In this document: piece by piece, positions 10,229 through 21,659 of the stretch
Layout: each line of letters starts with the position of its first letter
Position numbering within the stretch: position 1 is the stretch's first letter
Translations under genes and position numbers: made by a program
Sequence record: LR756500.1
Length of the DNA: 64,000 nucleotides
Strand: one strand, 5' to 3'
Notes under the pieces: model-generated
Database searches by the model: none
Seen by the model: the letters and a program-made list of their open reading frames with translations, nothing else
What the model was told of the DNA's origin: nothing

Positions 10229-10980
10229 AATTCAATAATTGATTGTGATACATCATTTTGTAATATTAATCTAACAATAGATAAATCATCACTGGGATAA
10301 ATATTTTCTTTATTTTCTAAAATATTAAATTTTCTGGATAACATTACATCTAAATTTTCAAATTTTCTATCTATTAATAAAAAATCTAATATTTTTTTCT
10401 TATCTTCATCACTTAAAAAATGTCCATTTCTTTTTAATTGATCAATTCCATCTGATGTTATTGATATATCATTATAATTTGAAAATTTAATTTCATGTTT
10501 TATTTTGAAGAAATTATTTTGTAAATGATATGAAATATAATCAGGCGCATTATCTATTGGATCAACTCTTAATATTTCTGTACCATTATGAAATATTGAT
10601 CCATCCCCAATAATTATTCCATGAGCATCATTTCTTTTAATATCAGCTACAACCAATACAATAGTTGATAATATTTCATTTTCATTTAAATGTAAAAATT
10701 GACAAGTTTCTTTTAATTTAAGTTTAAAAGATTCTATTAATGAATTAGCAATAGATGAAGTGGTATTATAATCATATAAAAATTTTGTATAAGCTTGAAA
10801 TTCAGTCAACATTAATTTTGTAAATAAGGTTGATGCAAAATATGATTTTGTTCCTCCTGAACATCCATCGAATACTGCAATAAATACCCAATCTTTATAT
10901 TCAAAATATGTAAAATCATCTTCACAATGTAATGAATGAGACTCGCCTTTTCTTAAAAGAGTTTTAATACTATAATCCAT
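10225..10980 (-). CDS. PP2C-like protein phosphatase
   Basis: CEDD, AVFDGCS, IGDG, TSDG, DDLS motifs. Confidence 0.75.
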   Translation of the reverse strand: MDYSIKTLLRKGESHSLHCEDDFTYFEYKDWVFIAVFDGCSGGTKSYFASTLFTKLMLTEFQAYTKFLYDYNTTSSIANSLIESFKLKLKETCQFLHLNENEILSTIVLVVADIKRNDAHGIIIGDGSIFHNGTEILRVDPIDNAPDYISYHLQNNFFKIKHEIKFSNYNDISITSDGIDQLKRNGHFLSDEDKKKILDFLLIDRKFENLDVMLSRKFNILENKENIYPSDDLSIVRLILQNDVSQSIIEL

Positions 10981-11018
10981 TTGTTTAAAAAATAAAAGGG
11001 GCTTTAAGCCCCTTATTA

Positions 11019-11714
11019 TTAAAAGTTTGGTACAGAAATTGCTCCACTAGATGAAGCACTTGATACTGAAGAACTGATCCAGTTAATCATTTTACGTATA
11101 TCCTTAGCAGTTTGACCTACTCTTGCTACAAATTCTTTAGGAATTCCCATATTAGCAGCAGCTGATTCAAAATTTACTGAATCATTAATACCAAATAATA
11201 CAGTTGTAAAATTTCTATTAGTCTTTTCTTCTGCTGCTAATTTAGCATGTATTGCTTTAACTTTAGCAGCATCACCGGTAAGTGATGAATTATCTTCACC
11301 ATCTGTTAAAATAAATACTAAAGTTTTGCAATTAACACCGGAATTTTCAAGTTGATTTCTATAATTTAATGCATTTGTTAATCCTTTTTCTACTGCAGTA
11401 TAAAGTGCAGTTCCATAACCACTACCTTTAAATGTATCTAATTTTACATTTGCAATAGGTTGAAATCCAGATTTAACATTTACACTATCATTAAATTCAA
11501 CAATAGATACTAATAAACTATCTGCTATATGAGATTTTTGCATTTCTTCGGTAAAATCTTTAAGAGCAGAATTTAAATCATTTTCATAATCTGATATTGA
11601 AGGTGATATATCAACAATAAATACTGCATTTATTGTTTCATCAGCATCAATTGCATCAGGATTAAAATTTCCAAATTGATTACCAAATTGTACGTCATTA
11701 TAAAGTTCGTCCAT
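11019..11714 (-). CDS. vWA domain protein (TerY-like)
   Basis: DISPS MIDAS motif, GTALY, FILTDG; adjacent to PP2C and kinase. Confidence 0.75.
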   Translation of the reverse strand: MDELYNDVQFGNQFGNFNPDAIDADETINAVFIVDISPSISDYENDLNSALKDFTEEMQKSHIADSLLVSIVEFNDSVNVKSGFQPIANVKLDTFKGSGYGTALYTAVEKGLTNALNYRNQLENSGVNCKTLVFILTDGEDNSSLTGDAAKVKAIHAKLAAEEKTNRNFTTVLFGINDSVNFESAAANMGIPKEFVARVGQTAKDIRKMINWISSSVSSASSSGAISVPNF

Positions 11715-11725
11715 TGTTATAATTA

Positions 11726-12559
11726 TTAAAGGTTAATATCTGTTAATTTAGCAAATCTTATACCCATTTGTCTAGCTTGAGCATAAATTGGATCTGCAAG
11801 TGTTTCAAATCCTGGTACTGGAGACATTCCATCTTCAAGAATAATAAACTTTGAAGCTAATTGAGGGAATTCCATTGCTTGTTTAAGAGTATTTGCTACA
11901 CAATGACTAGAAGCTTCTCCTGCAAAATAAATTTCATTATATTTTTCTAATGTGTTAATTAGATATTGATTAAGTTGAGTAGCAGGAGCATTTTGAACTG
12001 GAATATTTGCTCTAAATGCACCAAAATGTTCACTTAATGGGTGTTCACCTTTTTGAATAACTTGAAAAAATCTTCCTTGTCTTGCCCAATTTTTAACAGC
12101 TGTCATTAATTCATCTACTATAGCAGCTCCTGTTGATCCAACTATACAATGTTCAGGCCAAATACAATGTGGAAATTCTTTTTGTCTTTCTAATTCTTCA
12201 ACATATTTTAAAGATTCATGAGGCATATATCTTGGAGTCCATTCTCCAGAACGTATTTGTGAAGAACTAATACTTGTAAAATGACCTGGATTATTTCCAT
12301 CTTTATCTTGCCAATATGATGGATGAGATATATCAATTACTTGATGTGTATCTTGAGTTAATCCTATATAATTAATTTGTGATTTATTTCTATCAATAAA
12401 ATCAACAATTCTTTTTACATCATTTTCGGCACCTTTAACATAAAGAGCACCTTGTGGAAAAACAATATCATCTTTTGGATCATTTGTTACTTTAATTCTT
12501 CTTTCTGGTAAACAAAAATCATTTTGTATATCAATAAGTAATAATGCAGATTTTTTCAT
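11726..12559 (-). CDS. Nicotinamidase/isochorismatase-family cysteine hydrolase
   Basis: LLIDIQNDF, TQDTH, WPEHC, GEASSHCV. Confidence 0.75.
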   Translation of the reverse strand: MKKSALLLIDIQNDFCLPERRIKVTNDPKDDIVFPQGALYVKGAENDVKRIVDFIDRNKSQINYIGLTQDTHQVIDISHPSYWQDKDGNNPGHFTSISSSQIRSGEWTPRYMPHESLKYVEELERQKEFPHCIWPEHCIVGSTGAAIVDELMTAVKNWARQGRFFQVIQKGEHPLSEHFGAFRANIPVQNAPATQLNQYLINTLEKYNEIYFAGEASSHCVANTLKQAMEFPQLASKFIILEDGMSPVPGFETLADPIYAQARQMGIRFAKLTDINL

Positions 12560-12628
12560 ATTTAAAAATATTTTAGTTAATATTAATTTTAATGTGTAAA
12601 TATAATAAAAAAGTTATTAATAAAAAAA

Positions 12629-13533
12629 TTATTCAATCCAATAATCATATACTTCTTTAGTTACTCTTGCATAAAAACTGGGACGATACCATGTATCATT
12701 ATTTTTATGCCAAGATGCTATAGTTTCTCCAGCATGTAATGGATCAAATATAATTCCATTTTGTTTATAAATAGTTTGCATAATATTTCCATCTGCATCT
12801 AAATATGAAACATACCAATAACTATATTCAGATTTATTATTTTCAAAATTATCATTTTGAGTTTTAAGTATAATTAATTCTTCTTTTAATAATTTTAATT
12901 CATTTATAACAGATTCTAATTGTTCATATGATACAGCAGATTTATTAGTGTTATTTTCATCTGCCCAATTACACTCATCTTTTGTAATATTTTGAAATTT
13001 TTCATTTTTAACTTTATCATTACAACTTATTAAAAATAAAAAAGGACTTATTATAAGTCCTTTTATAAAATACTTTATCATTTTAATTTATTTATTAAAC
13101 TTTTAGATTGATTATCGATGTATTTAGTTTTTTGTTTCCAAATATCTATATTTTCATTTAATTTATTTCTTTCTTCTTCGGTAAAATTAATTTGATTATA
13201 ATCTTTACTTGCTTTAATATAATATTGTACAGGACCATCTTTTATCCAAATTTGAACTCCATTTTTATTTATAAAATCATATTGTGTCATTTTCCAATCA
13301 TCTGTATGTGTTAAAATATCTATACACAAAATATCAATAACTTTTTCAGGATCAAAATTATTAGTTTTTTCTTTATTAAAAATAAGTCCATCTTTATAAT
13401 TATCTTGTGTAATATATTCGCCAGGTTTATTATAATCATCTGTTGGTCTTATATAAAAATCACCTTTCGATGATTCATATCCACATGAAAATAATGTAAA
13501 TATTATAAATGTAAATAAAATTAGTTTTTTCAT
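12629..13533 (-). CDS. Two putative lipoproteins (12629..13081 and 13078..13533)
   Basis: Short basic-hydrophobic N-termini ending FLISC and LFSC. Confidence 0.5.
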
Positions 13534-13543
13534 ATTTTAAATT

Positions 13544-14383
13544 TTAATTGTTTGTAAAATCTGTTATTTTTATAGAATTAACTTTAAATCTATATTTTAA
13601 TTTTCTTAATATATTATTCAAAGTTATTCTAATAGTTTCGCCTGAAACATCCAATAATTTTCCTATTTCCCAATATGTTTTGCCTTCTTTACCATTTAAT
13701 CCATAATAATTAATTATTATAATTTTTTCACGTTCTGATAAAGCATTAATAACATTTAATAATAATAATTTGTTATCATTTAATATTAAATTATTATCTA
13801 CTGGAATATAATTAGTATCAATCAAAGTATCTAATACACATAAATTATCACTTGATGTTTCGTCATATAAATATGATGTATGCATAAAATTATATTGATA
13901 AAATTTAATATAATCATTTCTATCAATATTTAATAAATCTTCATCAGTTTTAATAGTTTCTTCAAGTTTTCTAATTTTTAAATAGATACTTGAAGGTATT
14001 CTAATATGATTAGAATGATTATGTAATGCGACGTGAATAGTATTTTTAATCCACCATACTGCATATGAAATAAATTTAAATCCTCTTGTTGGATCAAACT
14101 TTTTAGCAGCAATTATAAGTCCTAAATTACCTTCATTTATTAAATCTTCTAATGGCATTAAACCTTGATACATTTTTGCTACACTTATAACAAACCTTAA
14201 ATTATTTAATATTAATTGATCTATAGCATTTTGATCATTTTCCTTTTGATATTTTATAACTAAATCAGTTTCATCTTCTATAGATAATGATTTAAATTTT
14301 TTAATGTCATTAAAATATCTATTAATATTATCGTTTCTGTCTGTTATAACTGATTCTTTGCTTACCTTAAAAACTTTCATCAA
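13544..14383 (-). CDS. Sigma-70 family RNA polymerase sigma factor
   Basis: NLRFVISVAK, DLINEGNLGL, KFDPTRGFKFISYAVWWI (region 2); C-terminal HTH LSEREK...EIG...VSGETIR (region 4). Confidence 0.88.
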   Translation of the reverse strand: MMKVFKVSKESVITDRNDNINRYFNDIKKFKSLSIEDETDLVIKYQKENDQNAIDQLILNNLRFVISVAKMYQGLMPLEDLINEGNLGLIIAAKKFDPTRGFKFISYAVWWIKNTIHVALHNHSNHIRIPSSIYLKIRKLEETIKTDEDLLNIDRNDYIKFYQYNFMHTSYLYDETSSDNLCVLDTLIDTNYIPVDNNLILNDNKLLLLNVINALSEREKIIIINYYGLNGKEGKTYWEIGKLLDVSGETIRITLNNILRKLKYRFKVNSIKITDFTNN

Positions 14384-14710
14384 ATTAAAATTTTACATAA
14401 TGGAACTTCAACAAATCCTATTTTAACATACTTTATAGGTTTACTTATTACATTAGCTTCTAATAAAGCTTCAAGCATGCCTTCATTTTCAGAATAATTT
14501 TTTATGAATATTTCATCATCAGCAATATCCTCGTTAGGTAAATTTATAGTTACAGTTGCTATACATTCTGTACCTAGTTGCATACTATAATTAGGTTCTT
14601 TTAATGATTTAGCATTCATTAATTGTAATGCTAATCTTCCATTACTATATGATTTTTTAACGATATGACATTCATATTCATTAAAAGTTATAATATCATT
14701 TAACATTATT

Positions 14711-15811
14711 CTATTTTGTTAAAACATTAATTAAATTTTCTATTTTATTATGATACAATTTGTTGTAAAATAAATTACTATCAACAATATTTTTATCAAC
14801 AATAATAAAAAAAGAATTATTAAATATTACAATTAATTTATAATCTAAATTATTTAAAACGGCTTTAAATTTTAAAATATTTTTATTTCTTAATTCTTCA
14901 TTTTCTGCACCATAAGACCAAGATGATTTTATCTCTATTATATATTTATTAACTTTATAATCAGATCTATATTGTTTATTAATATTATAATTAAATCTTG
15001 GTCCTCTTTCAACAATGCTAATTAAATTATTATTATACATTAAATCTAAAAAATATTTTTCATAACTACCTTGATAATATAATAAATCATTAAAATATTT
15101 AATAGATGAATTTTTACCAGCTCCATTTTTAAATCCCCGTTCCCATGAATCTAATCCATCTAATCCAATTGTACTTTTCGTTTTAATCATTTTTTTTATT
15201 CTTAATGATTGAATACTTTCATTATTTATAAATCTATTTTTCATTGTATTATTGGATTTTCTAGCATATATAGTAGAAAGTTTTTCATTATTAATAAATG
15301 TTGTCATTTTAGTTTTAGCCGATTTTTCAGCTATAATATTATTTAAAGTTTTACCGTTTTCTAAAATTTTATTTCTTTTAATTTGATTAAAATTATATAT
15401 ATTTACTGCTAAAGATTTACCATTTTCTTGAATAGTATTCATTGCAATACTTATTCCTTTTCCAGATAATTGATTAGGAGTTAATCCATCTTTTATTATA
15501 AAAGTAGATTTATATTTTTTAATACAGTTTTTTGATCCACAATGTTTTTTATATCCCCCCTCGAAATTTACATATTTACAGTATTCATTACAATATAGAC
15601 ATAATTTATGTTCTTTAATATTGTTAATTATACAATATATTCTTTCAGATAAAGTACAATCTAAAAATAAAAAATTTGTACATATTAAAATATTTTTATA
15701 TTCAAGTAAATATTTATTATTTATAAACCATGATTTTTTAAGTCTTGATCCATTTAAACCTATTTTATTCTTATATAAAATAAAAAGATTATCTTTAATA
15801 AATTGTTTCAT
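14711..15811 (-). CDS. Putative free-standing homing endonuclease
   Basis: Repeated basic helices, CxxC, C-terminal YQGSYE...YRSDY...IEIKS PD-(D/E)xK-like motif. Confidence 0.5.
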   Translation of the reverse strand: MKQFIKDNLFILYKNKIGLNGSRLKKSWFINNKYLLEYKNILICTNFLFLDCTLSERIYCIINNIKEHKLCLYCNEYCKYVNFEGGYKKHCGSKNCIKKYKSTFIIKDGLTPNQLSGKGISIAMNTIQENGKSLAVNIYNFNQIKRNKILENGKTLNNIIAEKSAKTKMTTFINNEKLSTIYARKSNNTMKNRFINNESIQSLRIKKMIKTKSTIGLDGLDSWERGFKNGAGKNSSIKYFNDLLYYQGSYEKYFLDLMYNNNLISIVERGPRFNYNINKQYRSDYKVNKYIIEIKSSWSYGAENEELRNKNILKFKAVLNNLDYKLIVIFNNSFFIIVDKNIVDSNLFYNKLYHNKIENLINVLTK

Positions 15812-15813
15812 AT

Positions 15814-15847
15814 TGGAGATGTTTTAATATATATTAAAACATCTCCA
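15814..15847. repeat. Perfect 34-bp palindrome 2 nt upstream of the endonuclease start
   Basis: tggagatgttttaatat/atattaaaacatctcca. Confidence 0.9.
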
Positions 15848-15853
15848 TGTAAT

Positions 15854-16714
15854 TTACAAATTCCTAAATAATACTGGACGTTCTATAATTATAGGTATAT
15901 GCCGTTTAAATTCAGATTTAATATGTCTATTAATAACTAAATGATCTTTATAAATAGATTTTTCTTTATTTACAATATAATCGTAAAGTATTTTATCAGC
16001 TTCTTGATAACTAGATGCACCTATTTGTTCTAAATCACTGTTACTAATTCCTAGCCCATCAGTTGGAACAGCATTAATACATTCTTGAAGAGCTAATTTA
16101 ACTTTACCTTCTAATTCATTATCAACTATATATTGTGATAATTTATAAACTTCAGTTTTCCAAAGCATTTGTATTTGTGCATAATCTCCTTGGTCGCCAC
16201 AGATCGTCCAAAACCCTAATAAATATTCAGTGTAATTATCAGTTGACATTACCATACCTTTATTCTTAGATGCTAAATTATAAAGATAAATCATTCTTAA
16301 TCTAGCTTTAATATTTCCTAATCTTATTTTTTTACCATTTAATGTATTATCAACAATTGGATCAACAATGTCATCAAAGTATTCTATATCATCATAATCT
16401 TCAGATAAATCTAAATGGTTAAAATCAGTACAGAAATTTTTACCAATATTCATAGATCTATTTATTTCATCTACTTTATTAGTTTTAATTGTTAAACTTC
16501 GTCCTATAATAGGAATATTTAATTCATCACATATAGGTTTAGATATTGCTGCAATTAATGCACTATCAATTCCACCTGAAATTCCTAATACAATTGATTT
16601 TAAATTATTGTTTAATAAATATTGTTTTAATTCATTTCTTAAATTTGTAATTACTAAATTGCATTCCTCTTTAGTATTAAGTAATGATACTGGATCGTTA
16701 GAAATATATTTCAT
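15854..16714 (-). CDS. nadE: NH3-dependent NAD+ synthetase
   Basis: LGISGGIDS, GNIKARLRM, TDNYTE, GFWTICGD, PTDGL. Confidence 0.9.
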   Translation of the reverse strand: MKYISNDPVSLLNTKEECNLVITNLRNELKQYLLNNNLKSIVLGISGGIDSALIAAISKPICDELNIPIIGRSLTIKTNKVDEINRSMNIGKNFCTDFNHLDLSEDYDDIEYFDDIVDPIVDNTLNGKKIRLGNIKARLRMIYLYNLASKNKGMVMSTDNYTEYLLGFWTICGDQGDYAQIQMLWKTEVYKLSQYIVDNELEGKVKLALQECINAVPTDGLGISNSDLEQIGASSYQEADKILYDYIVNKEKSIYKDHLVINRHIKSEFKRHIPIIIERPVLFRNL

Positions 16715-16771
16715 ATAATAAAGTATTAATTATGTAAATATAATAATAAAGTTTGATAAATAAAAAAAATG

Positions 16772-16842
16772 TAGCCCTAATAGGAATCGAACCCATATCT
16801 TATCGTCCGTGGCGATATGTTCTATCTTTGAACTATAGAGCC
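16772..16842 (-). tRNA. tRNA-Arg(ACG)
   Basis: Anticodon arm TATCG-CCACGGA-CGATA. Confidence 0.88.
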
Positions 16843-17203
16843 ATAAAAAGCAAGAATTAATTCTTGCTTTTATTATATTTTTCTTTTCTTTTAGCTAAAA
16901 TTTTTTCCCTATTTTTTATATAATAATTTGCATTATATTCTTTTAATAATATTTTAAGTTTCTTTTCTTTTTTATTAAAAATTATTTTTAAATCTTTTGG
17001 ATTAAAAATATATGCAAATCCTTCTAACATAATACCTTTTTTTCCTTTTGTTGTAGACCAATTAGCATCTACTATTTTTTCAACTTTACGAGTAATTCCT
17101 ATTAATGATATATCATCATGACCTAATGTTTTAATTGTTGATTTTATTACTACACTTTTTCCTTTTTTAAATTTTTTCATTTTTATTTTATTAAAAATTA
17201 ACA

Positions 17204-17653
17204 TTAAAATATTTCAAATTTTATTCCAGATATTTTTAAAAGTTCATCTGTTTCTTTTGTATATCCTGATTTATCATACGGACGTTCATATATAACTCTA
17301 GTAATACCAGCAGCTATTAAATGTTTTAAACAATTATGACAAGGTTGATGAGTACAATATAAAGTAGTATTTGATGTTTCTTTTCCTTCTTTAGAAGCAA
17401 ATAAAATACTATTCATTTCAGCATGAACCTCAAATAAATTGGACCATTCATGATGATCTTCTCTGTTAAATTCACCTATAAACTTTTCATTACAATTAAT
17501 AAATCCAGGAGGTGAACCATTATATCCAGTTGATATTATTCTATTACTTTTAACTAAAACTGCACCTACATGATAACTTACACAATTAGACTGTTCTGAT
17601 ATTCTTTGAGCTATATCTAAGAACATCTTATCTATTTTTTTATGTTTATCCAT
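17204..17653 (-). CDS. dCMP deaminase
   Basis: VGAVLV, TGYNG, HAEMN, PCHNC zinc motifs. Confidence 0.9.
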   Translation of the reverse strand: MDKHKKIDKMFLDIAQRISEQSNCVSYHVGAVLVKSNRIISTGYNGSPPGFINCNEKFIGEFNREDHHEWSNLFEVHAEMNSILFASKEGKETSNTTLYCTHQPCHNCLKHLIAAGITRVIYERPYDKSGYTKETDELLKISGIKFEIF

Positions 17654-17658
17654 TTAAA

Positions 17659-18012
17659 TTATATAAAAAAATTAATTAAACTTTTTAAATTATTTATGTT
17701 GTCATTTTTATTAAAAAATGCGTCAAATGGATCATAATTTAAATGCTTGTATTTTTTACTTATTTTACTTGTTGTACTTGAACCTATTATAGATGTCGCA
17801 GGTCGATGTGTTTTAATTATTGTTGCTGCATCATATCCACTCATATTTGTAGTTTGAATATTCATTAAAATTACATCATATTTATTTTCAGCTGCTTTCA
17901 TTATAGCTTCAGAATTACTTTCAACATAATCTATAGAATATTTTTTATCTTTTAAAATTAATTCTATTAAAGTAGAAAAATTTTTATCTTCATCAGATAC
18001 CAGTATATTCAT
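17659..18012 (-). CDS. Stand-alone receiver domain, phospho-acceptor Asp apparently replaced by Asn
   Basis: NILVSDED ... YDVILMNIQTTNMSGYDA (canonical DLILMDIQMP). Confidence 0.55.
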   Translation of the reverse strand: MNILVSDEDKNFSTLIELILKDKKYSIDYVESNSEAIMKAAENKYDVILMNIQTTNMSGYDAATIIKTHRPATSIIGSSTTSKISKKYKHLNYDPFDAFFNKNDNINNLKSLINFFI

Positions 18013-18070
18013 GTCAATAATTTTTTATTTAATTATATATCATGCAATTAAATATACTAATATATCTTAA

Positions 18071-18484
18071 CTAATGTTTAACATAATATTTTCCATTTTC
18101 ACAATTTATACATAAATCAGGTTGTAATTTAAAACCAATATTTAAATGTATTTTTATTGATGGAATGTTATCATTATCAATATAAACCAAACCTTTTTTA
18201 TCTTTATAAAATTCTTTAACAGCTAAACCTCCATATCCTTTATTTTGATATTCTTTTGAAATTTTTAATGGAACTAATTTCCAATAATCAGAATATCCAG
18301 TTATACAACATAACTGTGGATTTAAAAATCCTATAATAATATCATCTAAAAAAATTATTTTAAGAGATCTTTTTAAATTAATATCAAGTTTCCAATGATT
18401 TAAAAATATTGTATGTTCTTTTAATATTAAAGTAACTTTTTTTCGTTGATCTATATTTAAATCATAATAAGGTTTTAAAATCAT
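18071..18484 (-). CDS. GNAT family acetyltransferase
   Basis: YQNKGYG acetyl-CoA motif; NIPSIKIHLNIGF. Confidence 0.5.
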   Translation of the reverse strand: MILKPYYDLNIDQRKKVTLILKEHTIFLNHWKLDINLKRSLKIIFLDDIIIGFLNPQLCCITGYSDYWKLVPLKISKEYQNKGYGGLAVKEFYKDKKGLVYIDNDNIPSIKIHLNIGFKLQPDLCINCENGKYYVKH

Positions 18485-19335
18485 AAATCTAAATCTAAAT
18501 CGGAATTAATAAAATTATTAAAGTCTAAATTATCTTCAATATCTATAAATAAACTTAATAATTTAAATATTATAAATATAGAAAAATAAGCTATTATTGG
18601 TAATACTAAAAAAATAAATGTTCCAAAAATCCAAACTATAAATGAAATTATTCCCCAATAAATTACAGTGGATCCTTCTAGCATATTTTTAGACGGATTT
18701 TGTCTATTTTCTATCGAACAATATTTTCCATAAATTAAATCAAATTTAGCATGAATTTCTTCACCTTTATAATTAAAGGGTAAATTAACGTTATAATTAG
18801 TCGGTAAACCAAAATATTTTCTTCTTAAATACATTAATACTTGGGTTAATGCTCCTAACATAAAATAAAAAAATACACAAAATAAAATATAGATAATTAT
18901 CATAATTTAAAATATTTAATTAAAAATTCGTTTATATCAATTATAGGTTCATTTTTCTCTATTTTTAATTTAGCAGAATCATAGAAATTTTTATATGCAT
19001 AGTCTGATAACATACAGTTATCATCAAATAATATTATAGCTAAGCTTATCATTAATATTAATAATATTAATGAAATATTACTTATTATAAATGGTAAAAA
19101 AAGATGAGATGCTCCACAAGCAAAAAGAATTAAAAATACTACAATTAACATTGATTCGCATATTAATAATGCACCAACTATATTTTTGTATATTTGTCCT
19201 TCTATTCTAGATAAAAAATGTTTCATATATTTAAATTTAATTTGTAAATATAATAATTAAGTTAATTAAAAAAAACATTAAATGCATATTTAGACCAAAA
19301 AATTGTGATAAATATAATAAAATAAAATTATTTAT

Positions 19336-19674
19336 ATGGAACATTTAATTAGATATGAAGATTTCATGGTTGAAAAAATTATGAATGAAGAAGAATTAGT
19401 AAAAGCTGATCAATCTCAAATTATGAAAAAGATTGCTAGAAGTTTTGATAATGATGATTTAAAATTATATTTACAAGGTATGATGTTAGATCTAGATATT
19501 ACAACTAGAAAAAAATATAAAAAACTTTTAGATGACGGTAAATATAGAGAATTAATTACTTTTTTAATTAAAGGAACTTCTGATCCATTAACAAGTAATA
19601 AACTATTAGCAATTAAAAAGGAATTTCTTACAAGTAAAGGTGAAAGTACAACTACTGAAGAACCTGAATTGTAA
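19336..19674 (+). CDS. Hypothetical protein, the only credible plus-strand gene
   Basis: Fills a gap between minus-strand genes; ATATATAAAAATAAA upstream, hairpin terminator near 19795-19825. Confidence 0.7.
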   Translation: MEHLIRYEDFMVEKIMNEEELVKADQSQIMKKIARSFDNDDLKLYLQGMMLDLDITTRKKYKKLLDDGKYRELITFLIKGTSDPLTSNKLLAIKKEFLTSKGESTTTEEPEL

Positions 19675-19896
19675 GATAATTGAGCTTAATTGGACTTCTG
19701 CTTTATGATGTCATTTATCTAAGCCTCAACCTTATCCTATCAAGAGAAACGACTAGATTATTACGAGTTACACATTGTATACAGTATTAACGACAAAAGC
19801 TTAATTTAACATTAAGCTTTTTTTATCTCCTGTTTTCTCTTTATGTGGTACCAATTTTCTCTATATAAAAATATAGCGACATCTTCTCTGATTATC

Positions 19897-20457
19897 TTAC
19901 ATTAATTGGGTAATATATTTAGATGGAACATTATCAGTTAAATAAACATCATTTAAAGTTTTATAAAAAACAATATTATCTTTAACCATTGATTTACAAT
20001 CAATTAATAAAATTACTCCACCATTTTTTTTATCATGTCTAGCTCCGGTTTCTAAAGCCTTTTGTATGTGTTCTTCTCCATATAAATGAACATGATGTCT
20101 TGTCATTTTATTAAGACCTTCTTTTTTAATTTGTGATAATAAACGAAATCCTGTTCCATGATACAATTTTGTAGGAGGTATAACCTTTTCAAAATCATTT
20201 TTAATATTAATAGAATGACCTTGATTAGCTTTAATCATAGTTTTATTTTCATTAAAACGAAATCTTTGTTTAGGACATGTTTCTACTATATTAATAATAT
20301 CATCTACGGTAAAATCTTCTCGCTCACTTGCCTTAGATATAATTTCATCAACGTTAGCCCATCCATATTCATCTAATTTAAGATCAATAGTTTCAGGTCT
20401 ATGCCTTAAAACATAAGTTAAAAATTTACTTATTTTATTTTTTTTGTTTGAATCCAT
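19897..20457 (-). CDS. kptA: RNA 2'-phosphotransferase Tpt1/KptA
   Basis: LRHRP, LDEYGWA, KQRF, ANQGHS, LYHGT, RHHVHL, VYLTD. Confidence 0.9.
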   Translation of the reverse strand: MDSNKKNKISKFLTYVLRHRPETIDLKLDEYGWANVDEIISKASEREDFTVDDIINIVETCPKQRFRFNENKTMIKANQGHSINIKNDFEKVIPPTKLYHGTGFRLLSQIKKEGLNKMTRHHVHLYGEEHIQKALETGARHDKKNGGVILLIDCKSMVKDNIVFYKTLNDVYLTDNVPSKYITQLM

Positions 20458-20954
20458 TATTCCTTTAGTTCTACATAATCTTCAATCGTAACGAATGACC
20501 AACTATCTTTACCCCATAAATGAAACTTTTCTAAAGTTTCTAATATACCTTCAGCTTTTTCTATTGACGTAAATATTCTAGCAGAAGTCATATTTAATTT
20601 GTTATTTATTCCATATCTAGTAACAGTATCACTTATTGAAACATGTCTAAATAATTGTCTATCTGTATCATAACCGATTATAATAAATTTTTTTTCCATA
20701 TAATGAAATATTTTTTATTATATATCGATACACTAAATAGTTTCATTTATGTAACACAAATACTATATTACCTTTTAGCTCAATCTTTGAATCTTTACTT
20801 GCATATGTTGTTGAAACATTAGTAGATCCTGATACATGTTGTGCAATACAATGTTTAACATTATATCCTGATTCTAATAATTTATTTAAATCCATAACAT
20901 CTGTATTTGATTCTGGATTTAAAATATATACTTTTTCCATATTTAAAATTTTAG

Positions 20955-21028
20955 TGGACCCTATAGGACTTGAACCTATAACCTCATCGTTATGAGCGAT
21001 TTGCGCTCACCAATTGCGCCAAAGGTCC
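20955..21028 (-). tRNA. tRNA(CAU), probably Ile2 (lysidine type)
   Basis: GGACCTT acceptor and GCTCATAAC loop typical of Ile2; Met not excluded. Confidence 0.75.
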
Positions 21029-21035
21029 GTTTTTA

Positions 21036-21476
21036 TTATTTGTAAAGTTTTAATTTTCCTGTTATATTATTAATTTCTTCTTCATCAGCTGGTCCTATTG
21101 CTACACATGTTTTAGTAGGAACTCCATTAAATATAGTATCACCAGCATCTGTAATAAGTACTGTAGGAAGTTTAGCATCTTTAGCTTTATAATAAATTAA
21201 TTCTAATTCTTCTTCAGAATTACATTCTAAAACAATTTTAGTAAATTTTTCTTCCAACCATTTATCTAATGAAGAATTAATTGCATATGGAATAGTTATA
21301 ATTTTTTCATTATAAATAAAAGTTGAACCATCCTTAACTTCTTTTCTAATTCTAATATCTTTTTCACTTAAAGATAATACAGCACCTAAAGAAGCATGAG
21401 ATACTTGAGCAGCTAATTTACCAGCCGGCATATTTAAATCTTTTCTTGCTACTATTACTTGTTTTGCTTTTGACAT
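21036..21476 (-). CDS. pth2: Peptidyl-tRNA hydrolase type 2
   Basis: KQVIVARKDL, GKLAAQVSHA, TKIVL, TDAGDT, TCVAIGP. Confidence 0.9.
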   Translation of the reverse strand: MSKAKQVIVARKDLNMPAGKLAAQVSHASLGAVLSLSEKDIRIRKEVKDGSTFIYNEKIITIPYAINSSLDKWLEEKFTKIVLECNSEEELELIYYKAKDAKLPTVLITDAGDTIFNGVPTKTCVAIGPADEEEINNITGKLKLYK

Positions 21477-21525
21477 TTTTATTTACTTTATTTGTGAACC
21501 AGAGAGGATTCCCTATCTTTATTAG

Positions 21526-21597
21526 TACTCCTACTGGGAATCGAACCCAGATTTAAAGATTAGAAATCTTTTATTGTATCCATTCAATTATAGGAGC
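21526..21597 (-). tRNA. tRNA-Arg(UCU)
   Basis: Anticodon arm AAAGA-TTTCTAA-TCTTT. Confidence 0.88.
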
Positions 21598-21659
21598 ATT
21601 TTAATAATTTATATTTGTGAAAAATAAGTTAATTACTCTATCAATAAATTAAATAACTT

